Below, piece after piece: positions 1 to 9,714 of a stretch of 49,249 nucleotides of DNA. Below the pieces are notes generated by a model. That model was not told where the DNA came from and searched no databases. It worked only from the letters and a program-made list of their open reading frames with translations. Source of the stretch: Anaerolineae bacterium. Its GTDB lineage: Bacteria; Chloroflexota; Anaerolineae; J102. Position numbers and translations under genes: made by a program. The stretch is from assembly GCA_027002405.1 (NCBI GenBank), contig JALWZT010000233.1:1-49249 (forward strand), in the 5' to 3' direction. Each line of letters begins with the position of its first letter. Positions within the stretch are counted from its first letter, which is position 1.

Positions 1-123
1 CTTTCTGCGGGGGGTGAACGCTATCCTTGTAAAATTGTTGAAGGGGCAGGATATTTCTCTCACACGCTTTGCGCCAGGTCCGCGGCTCTCAGCGGTCCCT
101 CCATAAAAGTCTACCCTTGTGAG

Positions 124-419
124 CCCCCTGCCCCTCCCCCGCTTGCGGGGGAGGGGTGATCGTCCGGATCGGAGGGGCTATGTAAGACTCATCCCCTCCT
201 GCAGAAGCGGTCGAGAGGAGGTATCCTCATCGTACCAATAGTAAACCAACAGGTTCACTTCATCGCCGGGCGGGCGTGGTGGCCCCAGACTCGGAGGTCT
301 GCGCAGACCCTCCAAGGTCTCATGCTCATCTGCCACTTGCCACTTGCCACTTGCCACTTGCAAACCTGCAACCTGTGTCCTATTTTCGTCGTGATGCGGT
401 GAGCTATTGCTCATGGCGC
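124..419 (-). mobile_element. Composite repeat cluster: truncated GAGGCTGTT/GAACCTGTT MITE, palindromic modules, TGCCACT heptamers and cassette A-end
   Basis: 124-330 matches 28680-28890. (CTTGCCA)n at about 330-365. The reverse A-end at 382-419 is followed by CTGTTCCG and overlaps the alr stop codon. Confidence 0.8.
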
Positions 420-1550
420 CTGTTCCGACACATACACTCGGGGCAACCGGGGAAGGAGGCTGGTGGTGACTTCGTAATGAATGGTTTGGGCCCAGGCCGC
501 GACCTCCTCCGCCCGAATGCGTTCATCCCCTTGCTGCCCAAGCAGGACCGATTGGTCCCCTTCCTGGGCGTCGGGGATATGGGTCACATCCACCATGATG
601 TTATCCATGCACACCCGGCCGATGATGGGGGCCCGTTGGCCTCGCACGAGGACTTCCCCCCGGTTGGAAAGCAGCCGGTGGATGCCATCGCCATAGCCGA
701 TAGGAAGCAGGGCCACCCGGGTGGGCCGGGAGGCGATAAAGGTCCGACCGTAGCTGACACTGGCGCCGGGGGGCAAAACCCGTATCCGCCCGATGTGGCT
801 CAACACGGTCAAAGCCGGGCGCAGGGGGACCGTTTGGTTCACTTCCGGGGAAGGATAGAGCCCATAGATGGCAATGCCGGGCCGGGCGGCATCCAGGTAG
901 GTTTCGGGCAGGTCCAGGATCGCCGCGCTGTTGGCAACATGGAGCAAGGGGATCTGAAAACGATCCCGGGCCATGGCCGCCGTTTCCTGGAACAGGGCGA
1001 ACTGCTGGTGGGTAAAGGTTTTATCCGCCTCATCCGCGGTGGCGAAATGGGTCCATAGGCCTTCGATGTGCAGATGGGGATAATGGGTCAGGCCCTCTAA
1101 GAAGGGCAGGAGTTCATCAGGCAGTTGACCGAAACGGCCCATCCCGGTATCGATTTTGACATGGATGGGCAGGGTTTTGCCCAGGTCTCGGGCATGGTCG
1201 TTCAGGGCCCGGGCAAAGCCGTGGTCGTTCACGGTCACGGTCAGGTCATAGGCGGCCGCGAGCTCCGCTTCGGGGGGCAGGTGATAGCCCATGACCAGGA
1301 TGGGGGCCGTGATCCCTGCCTGGCGCAGGGCCACGCCCTCGTGAATACGAGCGACCGCGAGGCGGGACGCGCCCGCGGCCAGGGCTGTGCGGGCCACAGG
1401 CACCGCGCCATGGCCGTAAGCGTTGGCCTTGACCACCGCCCATAGGGCCACCTTCGGGCCCAGGCGGACTTTGAGCGCGGCCACGTTGTGCGCGATGGCA
1501 TCCAGGTCCACAATGGCCAGGTTCGTAGGGGTGGGGTCGGGAAGAGGCAT
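411..1550 (-). CDS. alr: Alanine racemase
   Basis: 379 aa; AVVKANAYGHG PLP-lysine motif, KIDTGMGR, GYGDG, GRVCMD. Confidence 0.97.
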   Translation of the reverse strand: MPLPDPTPTNLAIVDLDAIAHNVAALKVRLGPKVALWAVVKANAYGHGAVPVARTALAAGASRLAVARIHEGVALRQAGITAPILVMGYHLPPEAELAAAYDLTVTVNDHGFARALNDHARDLGKTLPIHVKIDTGMGRFGQLPDELLPFLEGLTHYPHLHIEGLWTHFATADEADKTFTHQQFALFQETAAMARDRFQIPLLHVANSAAILDLPETYLDAARPGIAIYGLYPSPEVNQTVPLRPALTVLSHIGRIRVLPPGASVSYGRTFIASRPTRVALLPIGYGDGIHRLLSNRGEVLVRGQRAPIIGRVCMDNIMVDVTHIPDAQEGDQSVLLGQQGDERIRAEEVAAWAQTIHYEVTTSLLPRLPRVYVSEQAP

Positions 1551-1556
1551 GGGTGG

Positions 1557-1689
1557 GTATCAGTTAGTTATCAGTAATCAGTGATCAGTAATCAGTAATC
1601 AGTCGCCATGAGCGATGGCTCACCACATAACGATGAAAATGGGAACGCAGATTTGTGCAGATGCGACGCAGATTGACGCAGATAATCTT
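1557..1689 (+). repeat. TCAGTRA heptamer array, then cassette A-end and CGCAGAT repeats
   Basis: Tandem cagtaat/cagtgat, then CAG|TCGCCATGAGCGATGGCTCACCACATAACGATGAAAAT starting at 1603. Confidence 0.8.
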
Positions 1690-1897
1690 GGCATAGTTCA
1701 TTTTTGACTACAAGGAACTTGACGAATGCTGCCAGGTCTTTCGTTGCAAGATAGTCGATATTTGGTATTGGATATTGGGTATTTGCATCGTACTGAAACA
1801 AGGAATATCCAATATCCAGTATCCAATATCCAGTATCCAATATCGATACTCTCGCAGCCGATTTGCCAAGCTACAAAGCGTCCATGTGAACCATGCC
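1690..1897. mobile_element. MITE-like element, GGCRTRGTTCA terminal inverted repeats (copy 1)
   Basis: Ends GGCATAGTTCA ... TGAACCATGCC; internal inverted GGATATT/AATATCC heptamer arrays; second copy at 26868-27049; overlaps the holA 3' end. Confidence 0.75.
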
Positions 1898-2890
1898 TAC
1901 ACGAGCGAGATCAACGACCAGCATATCCAAAGCCAGGTTGGCCTCCAGGCGCCCGGTTTTGATGGCCACGTCGGTTTCCAGCAGGCGATCATAGATGCGC
2001 TGCAATTGCTCCATGGTGTAGCCCCGGGCCTGGCGCATGGCCTTTTCGGTGGGATAAGGATGGAGTTTGAGGGCGGACGCGATCTCATCCCGGCGCATGC
2101 CTTGCCCCATGTAGTCCTTGACCTGCAACAGGATGCGATATTGGCGCACAATCATGGTGAGGAGGTAGAGGGGATGGGCGCCCTGGCGCCGCATTTGGGC
2201 CAAGAGCCGAAAGGCAACGGCCGTACGCCGAGACCCCAACGCATCGACCATGTCGAAGATGCTGGCTTCTTTGGCATAGGGGCAAAGAAGTTGCACATCG
2301 GCCTGGGTGATGGGGCGCTCTCCCGCGTAGAGAGCCAGTTTTTCCAGTTCGCTATCGATAAGGCGCAGGTTGGGGCCGATGAAGGTGGCCAGCGATTCGG
2401 CCACACCCCGGCCCAGACGGATGCCCTTGGCCCGGGCATGCTGGGTAACCCACCGGGCCAGTTCCCCTTTGCGGAGCTGGGGGGTTTGAAAGAGATGAAC
2501 CTGGCCCCGGCCTTCCATTTTTTGCACGGCCTTAAGCACAGGATTACGGGCGTTGATCTTTTTGCTTTCCCACAGGACCAGGGTGGTGGTTTCGGGCAGG
2601 GTAGGCAGGAACTCGGCCAACCAGCGCAAGAAAGCTTTGGCCGCCTGGCTGGGCTTTCCCTCGGGCCCCTTGCTTTTTTCCAAATGGGTGAGCAGGTCGC
2701 GCACAATCACCAAACGGAAGTCGCCCAGAAAAGGGGGCACATCGACATGATGCTGGAGGATTTCTCGAGTCAGGGTACGGCCCTCCAGCACGGTGGTATT
2801 CATTTCAGCCAGTTCGCCCAGGGCGGCTTTCAGCCCGGCGATATGCTGGCTTTTGCCAAACTCTTCGTCGCCATGAAGGAGGATGATCAT
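1871..2890 (-). CDS. holA: DNA polymerase III delta subunit
   Basis: Starts MIILLHGDEEF (ATG overlaps the upstream TGA); PFLGDFRLVIV, SELEKLALY, IFDMVDA, DVAIKTG are typical of HolA. Confidence 0.92.
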   Translation of the reverse strand: MIILLHGDEEFGKSQHIAGLKAALGELAEMNTTVLEGRTLTREILQHHVDVPPFLGDFRLVIVRDLLTHLEKSKGPEGKPSQAAKAFLRWLAEFLPTLPETTTLVLWESKKINARNPVLKAVQKMEGRGQVHLFQTPQLRKGELARWVTQHARAKGIRLGRGVAESLATFIGPNLRLIDSELEKLALYAGERPITQADVQLLCPYAKEASIFDMVDALGSRRTAVAFRLLAQMRRQGAHPLYLLTMIVRQYRILLQVKDYMGQGMRRDEIASALKLHPYPTEKAMRQARGYTMEQLQRIYDRLLETDVAIKTGRLEANLALDMLVVDLARVGMVHMDAL

Positions 2891-3378
2891 GTTTCGTAGT
2901 GAAGGCGCACCCAGTGATAGACATGTTTGCCTAACTGTTTGCGTTCGATGGCCGCGACCTGAACCGGGGGCAGATGGGCATCGGTGGTCACTCGGGCCTG
3001 GAGCCGCACCCCCACCAGTTGCCCCAAAAGCACCCCGATGAGCGCGCCCAGCACGCCGGCCGGGGCCTGCTCTATCCATCCCCGCCGGCGCATGCTGGTG
3101 ATGCCAAAAATCGTGCCTCCTGCGGCCAGGGTGGCCGAAGCCAACATGTTGGTGCCACAATTGGGATGAAGGGCCAGATGCCGTTCGCCCGCGCGCAGCC
3201 GTTGGATCGCCTCATTCACAGCCTGGCGCACCGTGTCGGTGGGGATGTCGCCGTAGATATAAAAGCCGCGGCTATTGGACCGCCCGGCCATGCTGGTGAA
3301 CGGGGTCATGCGGCTGAGGATATGAATGGTGGCATGCTCGATGGCGTGATTCCAGCGGGTGAAGGTGAAAAAACGCAT
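2887..3378 (-). CDS. Conserved membrane-associated hypothetical protein (DUF6391-like)
   Basis: NHAIEHATIHIL, GRSNSRGF and HPNCGTN motifs followed by two hydrophobic helices; translationally coupled to holA. Confidence 0.75.
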   Translation of the reverse strand: MRFFTFTRWNHAIEHATIHILSRMTPFTSMAGRSNSRGFYIYGDIPTDTVRQAVNEAIQRLRAGERHLALHPNCGTNMLASATLAAGGTIFGITSMRRRGWIEQAPAGVLGALIGVLLGQLVGVRLQARVTTDAHLPPVQVAAIERKQLGKHVYHWVRLHYET

Positions 3379-3389
3379 AGGTTTTCCTA

Positions 3390-4031
3390 TTATATCATCT
3401 CATAAAGGGGGACCAAGGCCAGCAGGATGGGGAGCAAGCGTTCGGCCGCGCTGCTCCCCCAGGCCAGCACTTTTTCTTTGGGAGCCTGGGTGTAGAGGAT
3501 CAGGTTGATGGGCTGGTCTTGAGGCAGGGAGGAGAGGTGAATGGGGATATCGTTGAGGATGGAGGCTCTGGGCAGGGTACAGGCTTCCAGCCAGGTGAGT
3601 TGGTCTTGCTCGAAACGCCAGCAGCCGCCCAAGACGCCCCCTTCATCGGAGCCGGCATCGGTAAGGGTAAGGGGATAAAGGCTGAGGAGGTAAACCAGGA
3701 TGGCCAAAGCCGCGGGATCATGTTCCAAACGGGTGCAAAAGCGTTGCCAGTGTTCCCCGGGCCCAGGCACATGAAGCCCCCAGCGCAGGCCCTGGGGGGA
3801 GGCAGCCACGAAAAGATGGGCCTGATCCCGGCGAGGTGGGTAACGATAGGCCCCACGGCGGGCGATGTGCATGCAGTTGCTTCCGGGAACACCCCACGTT
3901 TCATAATGTCGGCCGTAAATCTGGCGAAGGCCCTTGCGTAATTCGCCCCCCAGGGCGCGACGATGCCGCCAGTAGACACCTCGTGTATGGGTGCGAAAAT
4001 CACTTTCCTGAAAACCAGCAAACGCGGGCAT
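3390..4031 (-). CDS. Hypothetical protein
   Basis: 213 aa ORF, co-oriented, ending 11 bp before the next gene; no family recognised. Confidence 0.65.
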   Translation of the reverse strand: MPAFAGFQESDFRTHTRGVYWRHRRALGGELRKGLRQIYGRHYETWGVPGSNCMHIARRGAYRYPPRRDQAHLFVAASPQGLRWGLHVPGPGEHWQRFCTRLEHDPAALAILVYLLSLYPLTLTDAGSDEGGVLGGCWRFEQDQLTWLEACTLPRASILNDIPIHLSSLPQDQPINLILYTQAPKEKVLAWGSSAAERLLPILLALVPLYEMI

Positions 4032-4278
4032 GATGCTTCCGGGGAGCGAAAAAGGCCGACGAATTCAGTGTAGCACAAGATGAAGATGGGGGCAATTGAT
4101 TGATGCCACTCGAGTCCATGAATCCTTCAGAACTTGCCCCTGGTGCAGGAAGGTGCTAGCATACGCGTGAGCCAAACGTCCCCGACAGACGCCCGCAAAG
4201 CGCCACGTACGGCAAGCTCGCCGACACCGAGAAAAATGGGGACGCAGATTCCCACTGATTACTGATTACTATAATTCT

Positions 4279-5487
4279 ATGAGCAACGACGCTTTACCCC
4301 CTCAAGCCCTGGCAGATATCCGGGTCCTGGATCTTTCTCGCATCCTGGCCGGGCCTTATGCCACCATGATGCTGGCAGACCTGGGCGCGGAGGTGATCAA
4401 GATCGAGCAGCCCCAGGTGGGGGACGGCACCCGGGCCTGGGGGCCTCCGTGGGTGGGCCCCTTCAGCGCTTATTATCTTAGCATCAATCGCAATAAGCGG
4501 AGTGTCACTGTTAATCTCAAAACCGAAGAAGGGCGGGCGATCATCAAACAATTGGCGGCCCGGTCCGATATTTTGGTGGAGAATTTCAAAGTGGGGACCA
4601 TGCAGCGTTTGGGGCTGGATTACGACACGTTGTCCGCGCTGAATCCAGGGCTCATTTACTGTTCCATCAGCGGTTATGGGCAAACAGGCCCTTACAAAGA
4701 CCGGCCCGGGTATGATTTCATGATCCAGGCTCATGGCGGCATCATGTCCATCACCGGCCCGGTGGAAGGCCCTCCCACCAAAGTGGGCGTGGCCATTGTG
4801 GATGTCACCGCGGGGCTCTATGCCGTGGGGGCCATCCTGGCTGCGCTCCATCATCGCGAGCGCACGGGGCAGGGGCAATACATCGATGTGGCCCTGTTGG
4901 ACGCGCAGGTAGGATGGTTGGTGAACGTGGCCCAGAATTATTTCGCCACGGGCGAAAAGCCCAAACGCTACGGCAATGCCCATCCCAACATCGTGCCCTA
5001 CGAAACCTTCGAGACCGCGGATGGGTTTCTGGCTCTGGCTGTGGGCGCGGATAGTCAATTCCAACGTCTGTGCCAGGTCATCGAAAGGCCCGATCTCTGG
5101 GAGGATGAACGATTCCGCACCAACGCGGGCCGGGTCACCCATCGCCACATCTTGATCCCCGAACTGCAAAAGGTGTTCCGCACTCGCACCACCCAGGCCT
5201 GGATGGACGCGCTATTGGCTGCCAAAATCCCGGCCAGCCCCATCAACGACATCCCCGCGGTGTTCGCAGACCCCCAGGTGCAGCACCGGCGCATGGCCCA
5301 GACCGTCCACCATCCTCAGGTGGGGGACATCACGCTGCTGGGGCCGGTGCCGAAACTTTCTGCCACCCCTGCCACCATTCGCACCCCTCCCCCTGCATTG
5401 GGGGAACACACCGACGCGGTTTTGCAAGAGCTGCTGGGCCTGGATGAAGACACCCTGGCCCGTTTGCATGAACAAGGTGTGATTTAG
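4279..5487 (+). CDS. CoA-transferase family III (CaiB/BaiF)
   Basis: RVLDLSRILAGPYATMMLADLGAEVIKIE, NRNKRS, ENFK, GYD motifs; C-terminal PPALGEHT. Confidence 0.95.
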   Translation: MSNDALPPQALADIRVLDLSRILAGPYATMMLADLGAEVIKIEQPQVGDGTRAWGPPWVGPFSAYYLSINRNKRSVTVNLKTEEGRAIIKQLAARSDILVENFKVGTMQRLGLDYDTLSALNPGLIYCSISGYGQTGPYKDRPGYDFMIQAHGGIMSITGPVEGPPTKVGVAIVDVTAGLYAVGAILAALHHRERTGQGQYIDVALLDAQVGWLVNVAQNYFATGEKPKRYGNAHPNIVPYETFETADGFLALAVGADSQFQRLCQVIERPDLWEDERFRTNAGRVTHRHILIPELQKVFRTRTTQAWMDALLAAKIPASPINDIPAVFADPQVQHRRMAQTVHHPQVGDITLLGPVPKLSATPATIRTPPPALGEHTDAVLQELLGLDEDTLARLHEQGVI

Positions 5488-5695
5488 TAACCGTCTAAAA
5501 ATGTGTTTCCGTTTTTGTGCTCATCGACTGAAGTCGAACACTTAAGGCCTACGGCCAATGGACGGCCTCCGCCGTCCAAAACGGCGACAAAAGGGGTCGC
5601 CGAAGGGCGACCCTTGGCGCGAAGCGCCTCCATAGGCACGAGTTTACTCGGCAAGTGTTGCGGCAAAAAAGGGACGTTATTTCTGGACGCTCACT
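5486..5695. mobile_element. MITE-like palindromic element related to 12011-12200
   Basis: Imperfect terminal inverted repeats AGTAACCGTCTAAAAAT / ATTTCTGGACGCTCACT; core CGACTGAAGTCG-ACACTTAAGGCCTA-GGACGGCCTCCGCCGTCC is the reverse complement of the 12110-12170 region. Confidence 0.7.
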
Positions 5696-5728
5696 TAACC
5701 ACTCACCAAACATAAAGGAGTGATAATC

Positions 5729-6937
5729 ATGGATTTCGAACTTACGGCTGAACACAAAATGATCCGGGATATGGTTTATGACTTTGCCCGGAAAGAAGTG
5801 CTCCCTATCATCAAAGACTACGACGCCCGGCATGAATACCCCATGGAACTGGTCCCCAAGATGGGGGAGATGGGGTTCATGGGGGTTTGTCTGCCGGTCA
5901 AGTATGGTGGCGCGGGCATGGATTACATCTCCCTGGGGCTGGTGGCCGAAGGCCTGGAATGGGCGGATTCCTCTGTGCGGGAGACCGTGGCCGTGCATCT
6001 GGCCCTGCATGCCATGCCCATTTTCCAATGGGGCACCGAGGAACAAAAGGAACGCTGGCTGCCCGACCTGGCCACGGGCCGCAAGCTGGCCTGCTTTGGC
6101 CTCACCGAACCCGGCGCGGGGTCGGATGTGGCGGGCATGAGCAGCCGGGCTCGCCGGGAAGGGGATGTTTACATCCTCAATGGCGAGAAGATGTGGATCA
6201 CCCTGGCCGATGTGGCCGATCGCTTCCTGGTCTTTGCCAAGACCGATCCCGAAAAGAAGCATCGCGGCATCAGCGCGTTCGTGCTGGAACGGGGGATGAA
6301 AGGCCTGACCACCGGCACCATCGAGGGCAAGTTGGGGGTTTGGGCCAGCAATACCGGTTGGATCAGCATGCAGGATGTGGAGGTGCCCGTGGAGAACCGC
6401 TTGGGCGAGGAAGGCGAAGGGTTTAAAATTGCCATGAGCGCCATCGATATGGCCCGTTACATGGTGGCCGCGGGCTCTGTGGGCTTGATGAAGGCTGCCA
6501 TGCAGGAGGCCATCGAATACGCTCTCCAGCGGAAGACCTTTGGCCGCCCCATTGCCGAATACCAATTGATCCAACAACTGATCGCCCAAATGCAACAACG
6601 CATCGATATTGGCGAATTGCTGGTCTACAAAGTCGGCTGGCTGAAGAACAAAGGGGTACGGAACACCCGAGAAACCAGCATGGCCAAATGGTACTGCACC
6701 GAGGCGGCCTTCCAGACCGCGAACGACGCGCTGCAAATTCATGGCGCGTATGGTTATTCCGATGAATACAACCCGGCCCGCTACCTGCGCAACAGCCGCG
6801 GGGCCATCATCTACGAAGGCACATCCCAGATTCATCAATTGATCCAGGCTGGCTATGCCCTGGGATGGCGCAAGGATAAGCCTCTGCGCAAAGAACTACC
6901 TCCCTATGACCCAGACCTCTGGATGGCTGAGGAATGA
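5729..6937 (+). CDS. Acyl-CoA dehydrogenase
   Basis: [42 protein letters not shown]; RBS AAGGAG upstream. Confidence 0.96.
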   Translation: MDFELTAEHKMIRDMVYDFARKEVLPIIKDYDARHEYPMELVPKMGEMGFMGVCLPVKYGGAGMDYISLGLVAEGLEWADSSVRETVAVHLALHAMPIFQWGTEEQKERWLPDLATGRKLACFGLTEPGAGSDVAGMSSRARREGDVYILNGEKMWITLADVADRFLVFAKTDPEKKHRGISAFVLERGMKGLTTGTIEGKLGVWASNTGWISMQDVEVPVENRLGEEGEGFKIAMSAIDMARYMVAAGSVGLMKAAMQEAIEYALQRKTFGRPIAEYQLIQQLIAQMQQRIDIGELLVYKVGWLKNKGVRNTRETSMAKWYCTEAAFQTANDALQIHGAYGYSDEYNPARYLRNSRGAIIYEGTSQIHQLIQAGYALGWRKDKPLRKELPPYDPDLWMAEE

Positions 6938-7782
6938 ACATCTTGGAACTGGCAAGGATCCTTTCTCATGTGGAAGCCCTGGTGCGCGAGGCCGGGGCCA
7001 TCGTGCGCCAGTATCACGACCAACCTGATCAGATCGACTGGAAAGGCGAAGATGACCCTGTCACCGCCGCGGACCGGGCCGTGAATGAATTTCTGGTGGC
7101 GGAGCTGCAAACGGCGTATCTTGATTTTGGTATCCTGGCCGAAGAAAGCCGGGATGACCTGCGCCGCCTGGAAAAGGAAGCGGTTTGGTGTGTGGACCCC
7201 CTGGACGGCACCAAAGAGTTCATTGCCCGCAATGGGGAATTCAGCATCATGGTCGGGCTGGCCATCCGGGAGGTGGCTGTGCTGGGTGTCGTCTATCAGC
7301 CCGTGATAGACCTCATGTATAGCGGCATCCGTGACGAAGGGGCGTGGCTCACCACGCCCCAGGGCCGCCGCGAGCTTCATGTCAGCGATATCGATACCTT
7401 CAGCCAACTGCGCCTGGTGGTCAGTCGCTCCCATCGCAATCCCATCCTGGATGAGATTAAACAAGGCCTGGGCATCCAACAGGAACGGATTTCCGGGTCG
7501 GTGGGGCTCAAATGCGGGCTCATCGCCCGGGCCGACGCGGACCTCTACATCCATCCCGCGCCGGGCTTGAAAGAATGGGACACCTGCGCGCCCGAAGCCA
7601 TCCTCTTCGGCGCCGGAGGCAGGGTCACGGATTGCTGGGGCCGTCCTTTCCTCTACAACCAGGCCGATGTCCATCGTCATTTCGGATTGGTGGCTTCCAA
7701 CGACACCCGGCATGCCGAGATCATCGCCCGGATCACCCCTGTGCTCGAAGCCCACGGCTTTACCTTCGACAAGGCCTGGTAA
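6934..7782 (+). CDS. cysQ: 3'(2'),5'-bisphosphate nucleotidase CysQ (inositol monophosphatase family)
   Basis: [35 protein letters not shown]. Confidence 0.85.
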   Translation: MNILELARILSHVEALVREAGAIVRQYHDQPDQIDWKGEDDPVTAADRAVNEFLVAELQTAYLDFGILAEESRDDLRRLEKEAVWCVDPLDGTKEFIARNGEFSIMVGLAIREVAVLGVVYQPVIDLMYSGIRDEGAWLTTPQGRRELHVSDIDTFSQLRLVVSRSHRNPILDEIKQGLGIQQERISGSVGLKCGLIARADADLYIHPAPGLKEWDTCAPEAILFGAGGRVTDCWGRPFLYNQADVHRHFGLVASNDTRHAEIIARITPVLEAHGFTFDKAW

Positions 7783-7809
7783 AAGAACCGCTGTCACGCG
7801 CATCCGCCC

Positions 7810-8670
7810 ATGCCCGAGACCCCCAAATCCTCGCTGCTTTCCCTGGAGCCCAAACGGCCGTTGCCTTCCGCACCGGAAGAGCCGCAGCCGATCTTTTTGC
7901 GCGAGCTCCCCAAGCATGACGAACGCTTTCGCTACACCCTGGCCCACATCCTTCTGCCCGTTGATCTGCTGGTGAAATTCGACATCGATCCCATCACCCT
8001 GCGTAATCGAGAAGGCAAGGTGATGGTCCACACCGCGTATTCCCAGGATGGGATGGTGTGGGCCTTACGGCTGCTCAATGACATGGATCCCCGGGACCCC
8101 CTGATGGAGATCGAGCTGGCGGACACACCTTTCAACCGCATTGCTGTGAATTGGGTGGCTATGAACGATCCTCGGGCCCCTCGTTTCGACATCGACCGCA
8201 TGCCCGATGGCACTTCGACCCTACGAGGCACAGCCCGGCGCAACATCCCGGCCGAAATCGCAGCCATGCGAGCCGGATTGGCGCCGGGCCAGGTGCGCCG
8301 GGGCTTGGGCCATCTGGAGCGTCTCCTGGGCGATCTGGAGCAGGTCTTCGCGGCCATGCACCATTATGAGTTCGATGTCGAGCCTCTTTTCTACCACGCG
8401 GCCATCCTGTTTGAGCGGTTCGGTTTCCGCTATGCCCGCGGGGAAGGGTTTATGCGGCGCATCCACGAAGGATTTCAACCGGGCGGGGATCTGTGGGCCC
8501 GTTTGGACCGTAGCACGCCCTTTCGCGCGCCGGAGCAAGCCCATACCATCCGCGGGCGCTCGTGGGCTATCCATGATGGTATCCTGGATGAACCCTGGGA
8601 TGGCGTCAAGATGTACAAACGCCTGGGGGTGCATGGAGGGATCGATACCGCGCCCGGGGTGCCGTGGTGA
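7810..8670 (+). CDS. Conserved hypothetical protein
   Basis: 286 aa; motifs GLAPGQVRRGL, EPLFYHAAILFERFGF, RGRSWAIHDGIL; lies in the operon between two IMPase-family genes. Confidence 0.8.
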   Translation: MPETPKSSLLSLEPKRPLPSAPEEPQPIFLRELPKHDERFRYTLAHILLPVDLLVKFDIDPITLRNREGKVMVHTAYSQDGMVWALRLLNDMDPRDPLMEIELADTPFNRIAVNWVAMNDPRAPRFDIDRMPDGTSTLRGTARRNIPAEIAAMRAGLAPGQVRRGLGHLERLLGDLEQVFAAMHHYEFDVEPLFYHAAILFERFGFRYARGEGFMRRIHEGFQPGGDLWARLDRSTPFRAPEQAHTIRGRSWAIHDGILDEPWDGVKMYKRLGVHGGIDTAPGVPW

Positions 8671-8696
8671 GCACCGTCCATCTTTGACCCCAACTA

Positions 8697-8849
8697 TGGA
8701 TTTCCTGAAAAAACCTTAACCACGGAAACACAGAGAGCACGGAGAGGGAAAAAGACAAGGTTTGGAGAGGATTTTCTCCGTGAACCCCCTTTATTTTTCT
8801 CTGTGTCCTCCGTGTCTCCGTGTTGAAATACCTTTTTGCAGTACATCCA
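8697..8849 (+). mobile_element. 153-bp MITE (TGGAT...ATCCA family) with 4-bp target duplication ACTA
   Basis: Ends TGGATTTCCTGAAAAAA / TTTTTGCAGTACATCCA; ACTA at 8693-8696 and 8850-8853; internal inverted 9-mer arrays; other copies at 12342-12494 and 21709-21859. Confidence 0.85.
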
Positions 8850-8852
8850 ACT

Positions 8853-9710
8853 ATGCCTATGGATTTACCAATCCCTACCTCATTTCCTTTCTATCAGGAA
8901 CTGATCACCGCCATTGAACTGGCCCGACAGGCGGGGGATTTGCTTCTGCGCATCCATCGTACCGGGCCGCGTCAGGTGCGGACCAAACGCACCGCGGTGG
9001 ATATGGTCACGGAAGCGGATACAGCCAGCCAGGCCCTCATTCTAGAAACCCTCATCGCCCGCTTCCCCGGACACAGCATTTTGGCCGAAGAAGAAGGGGG
9101 GGAGCGCACCGGCCAGGGGCAGGGCTTGTGGTTGGTTGATCCCCTGGACGGCACCACCAATTTCGCCAGCCGCTTCCCCGTCTTCGGGGTTTCCATCGCT
9201 CTATGGGTGGATGAAACCCCGGTATTGGGGGTGATCCAGGATGTGGTTCGGGAACGCACCTACTGGGGAGCTCGAGGGCATGGGGCCTGGCTGGGGACCC
9301 CCGCCCACCTGGCTGATCTCCCCCTGCGGGTCTCATCCACCCGGGAATTGAACCAAAGCCTTATCGCCACCGGGTTTCCCTATGCCCGGGCCACCCTGCG
9401 GGATAACAATCTGGCCGAATTCAACTATCTCATGCCCCGGGTGCGCGGGGTGCGACGGGCCGGGGCTGCTGCCTTGGACCTGGCCTGGGTGGCTGATGCC
9501 CGGCTGGATGGCTATTGGGAAGCGCATCTGTCGCCCTGGGATTGGGGCGCGGGGGTTTTGCTCATCCAGGAGGCCGAGGGCGTGGTCACCGATTATCAGG
9601 GGAATCCCTGGCGTTTGGGCCGGGATCAAATGGTCGCGGGCAATCCCTATGTGCACGAAAAGCTTTTGCAAGCAGTGCAAAAAGCCCGCCAGCAAGCCGG
9701 ATTGCCATAA
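8853..9710 (+). CDS. suhB: Inositol monophosphatase (SuhB family)
   Basis: DMVTEAD, WLVDPLDGTTNF, ATGFPY, RRAGAAALDL, PWDWGAG; start could also be 8859. Confidence 0.88.
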   Translation: MPMDLPIPTSFPFYQELITAIELARQAGDLLLRIHRTGPRQVRTKRTAVDMVTEADTASQALILETLIARFPGHSILAEEEGGERTGQGQGLWLVDPLDGTTNFASRFPVFGVSIALWVDETPVLGVIQDVVRERTYWGARGHGAWLGTPAHLADLPLRVSSTRELNQSLIATGFPYARATLRDNNLAEFNYLMPRVRGVRRAGAAALDLAWVADARLDGYWEAHLSPWDWGAGVLLIQEAEGVVTDYQGNPWRLGRDQMVAGNPYVHEKLLQAVQKARQQAGLP

Positions 9711-9714
9711 CAAT

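Noticed and set aside
1775-2899. Long antisense ORFs (also 5549-6838, 6904-8031, 40230-41651, 44615-45655, 47010-48089)
   Set aside because: Shadow frames opposite well-supported genes, expected in high-GC DNA; no recognisable motifs.
2891-3160. N-terminal extensions in the ORF track for holA and others (24950, 12465, 37393, 38364, 8820)
   Set aside because: The extensions run through upstream genes or repeats; downstream starts fit family N-termini and, in several cases, RBS positions.
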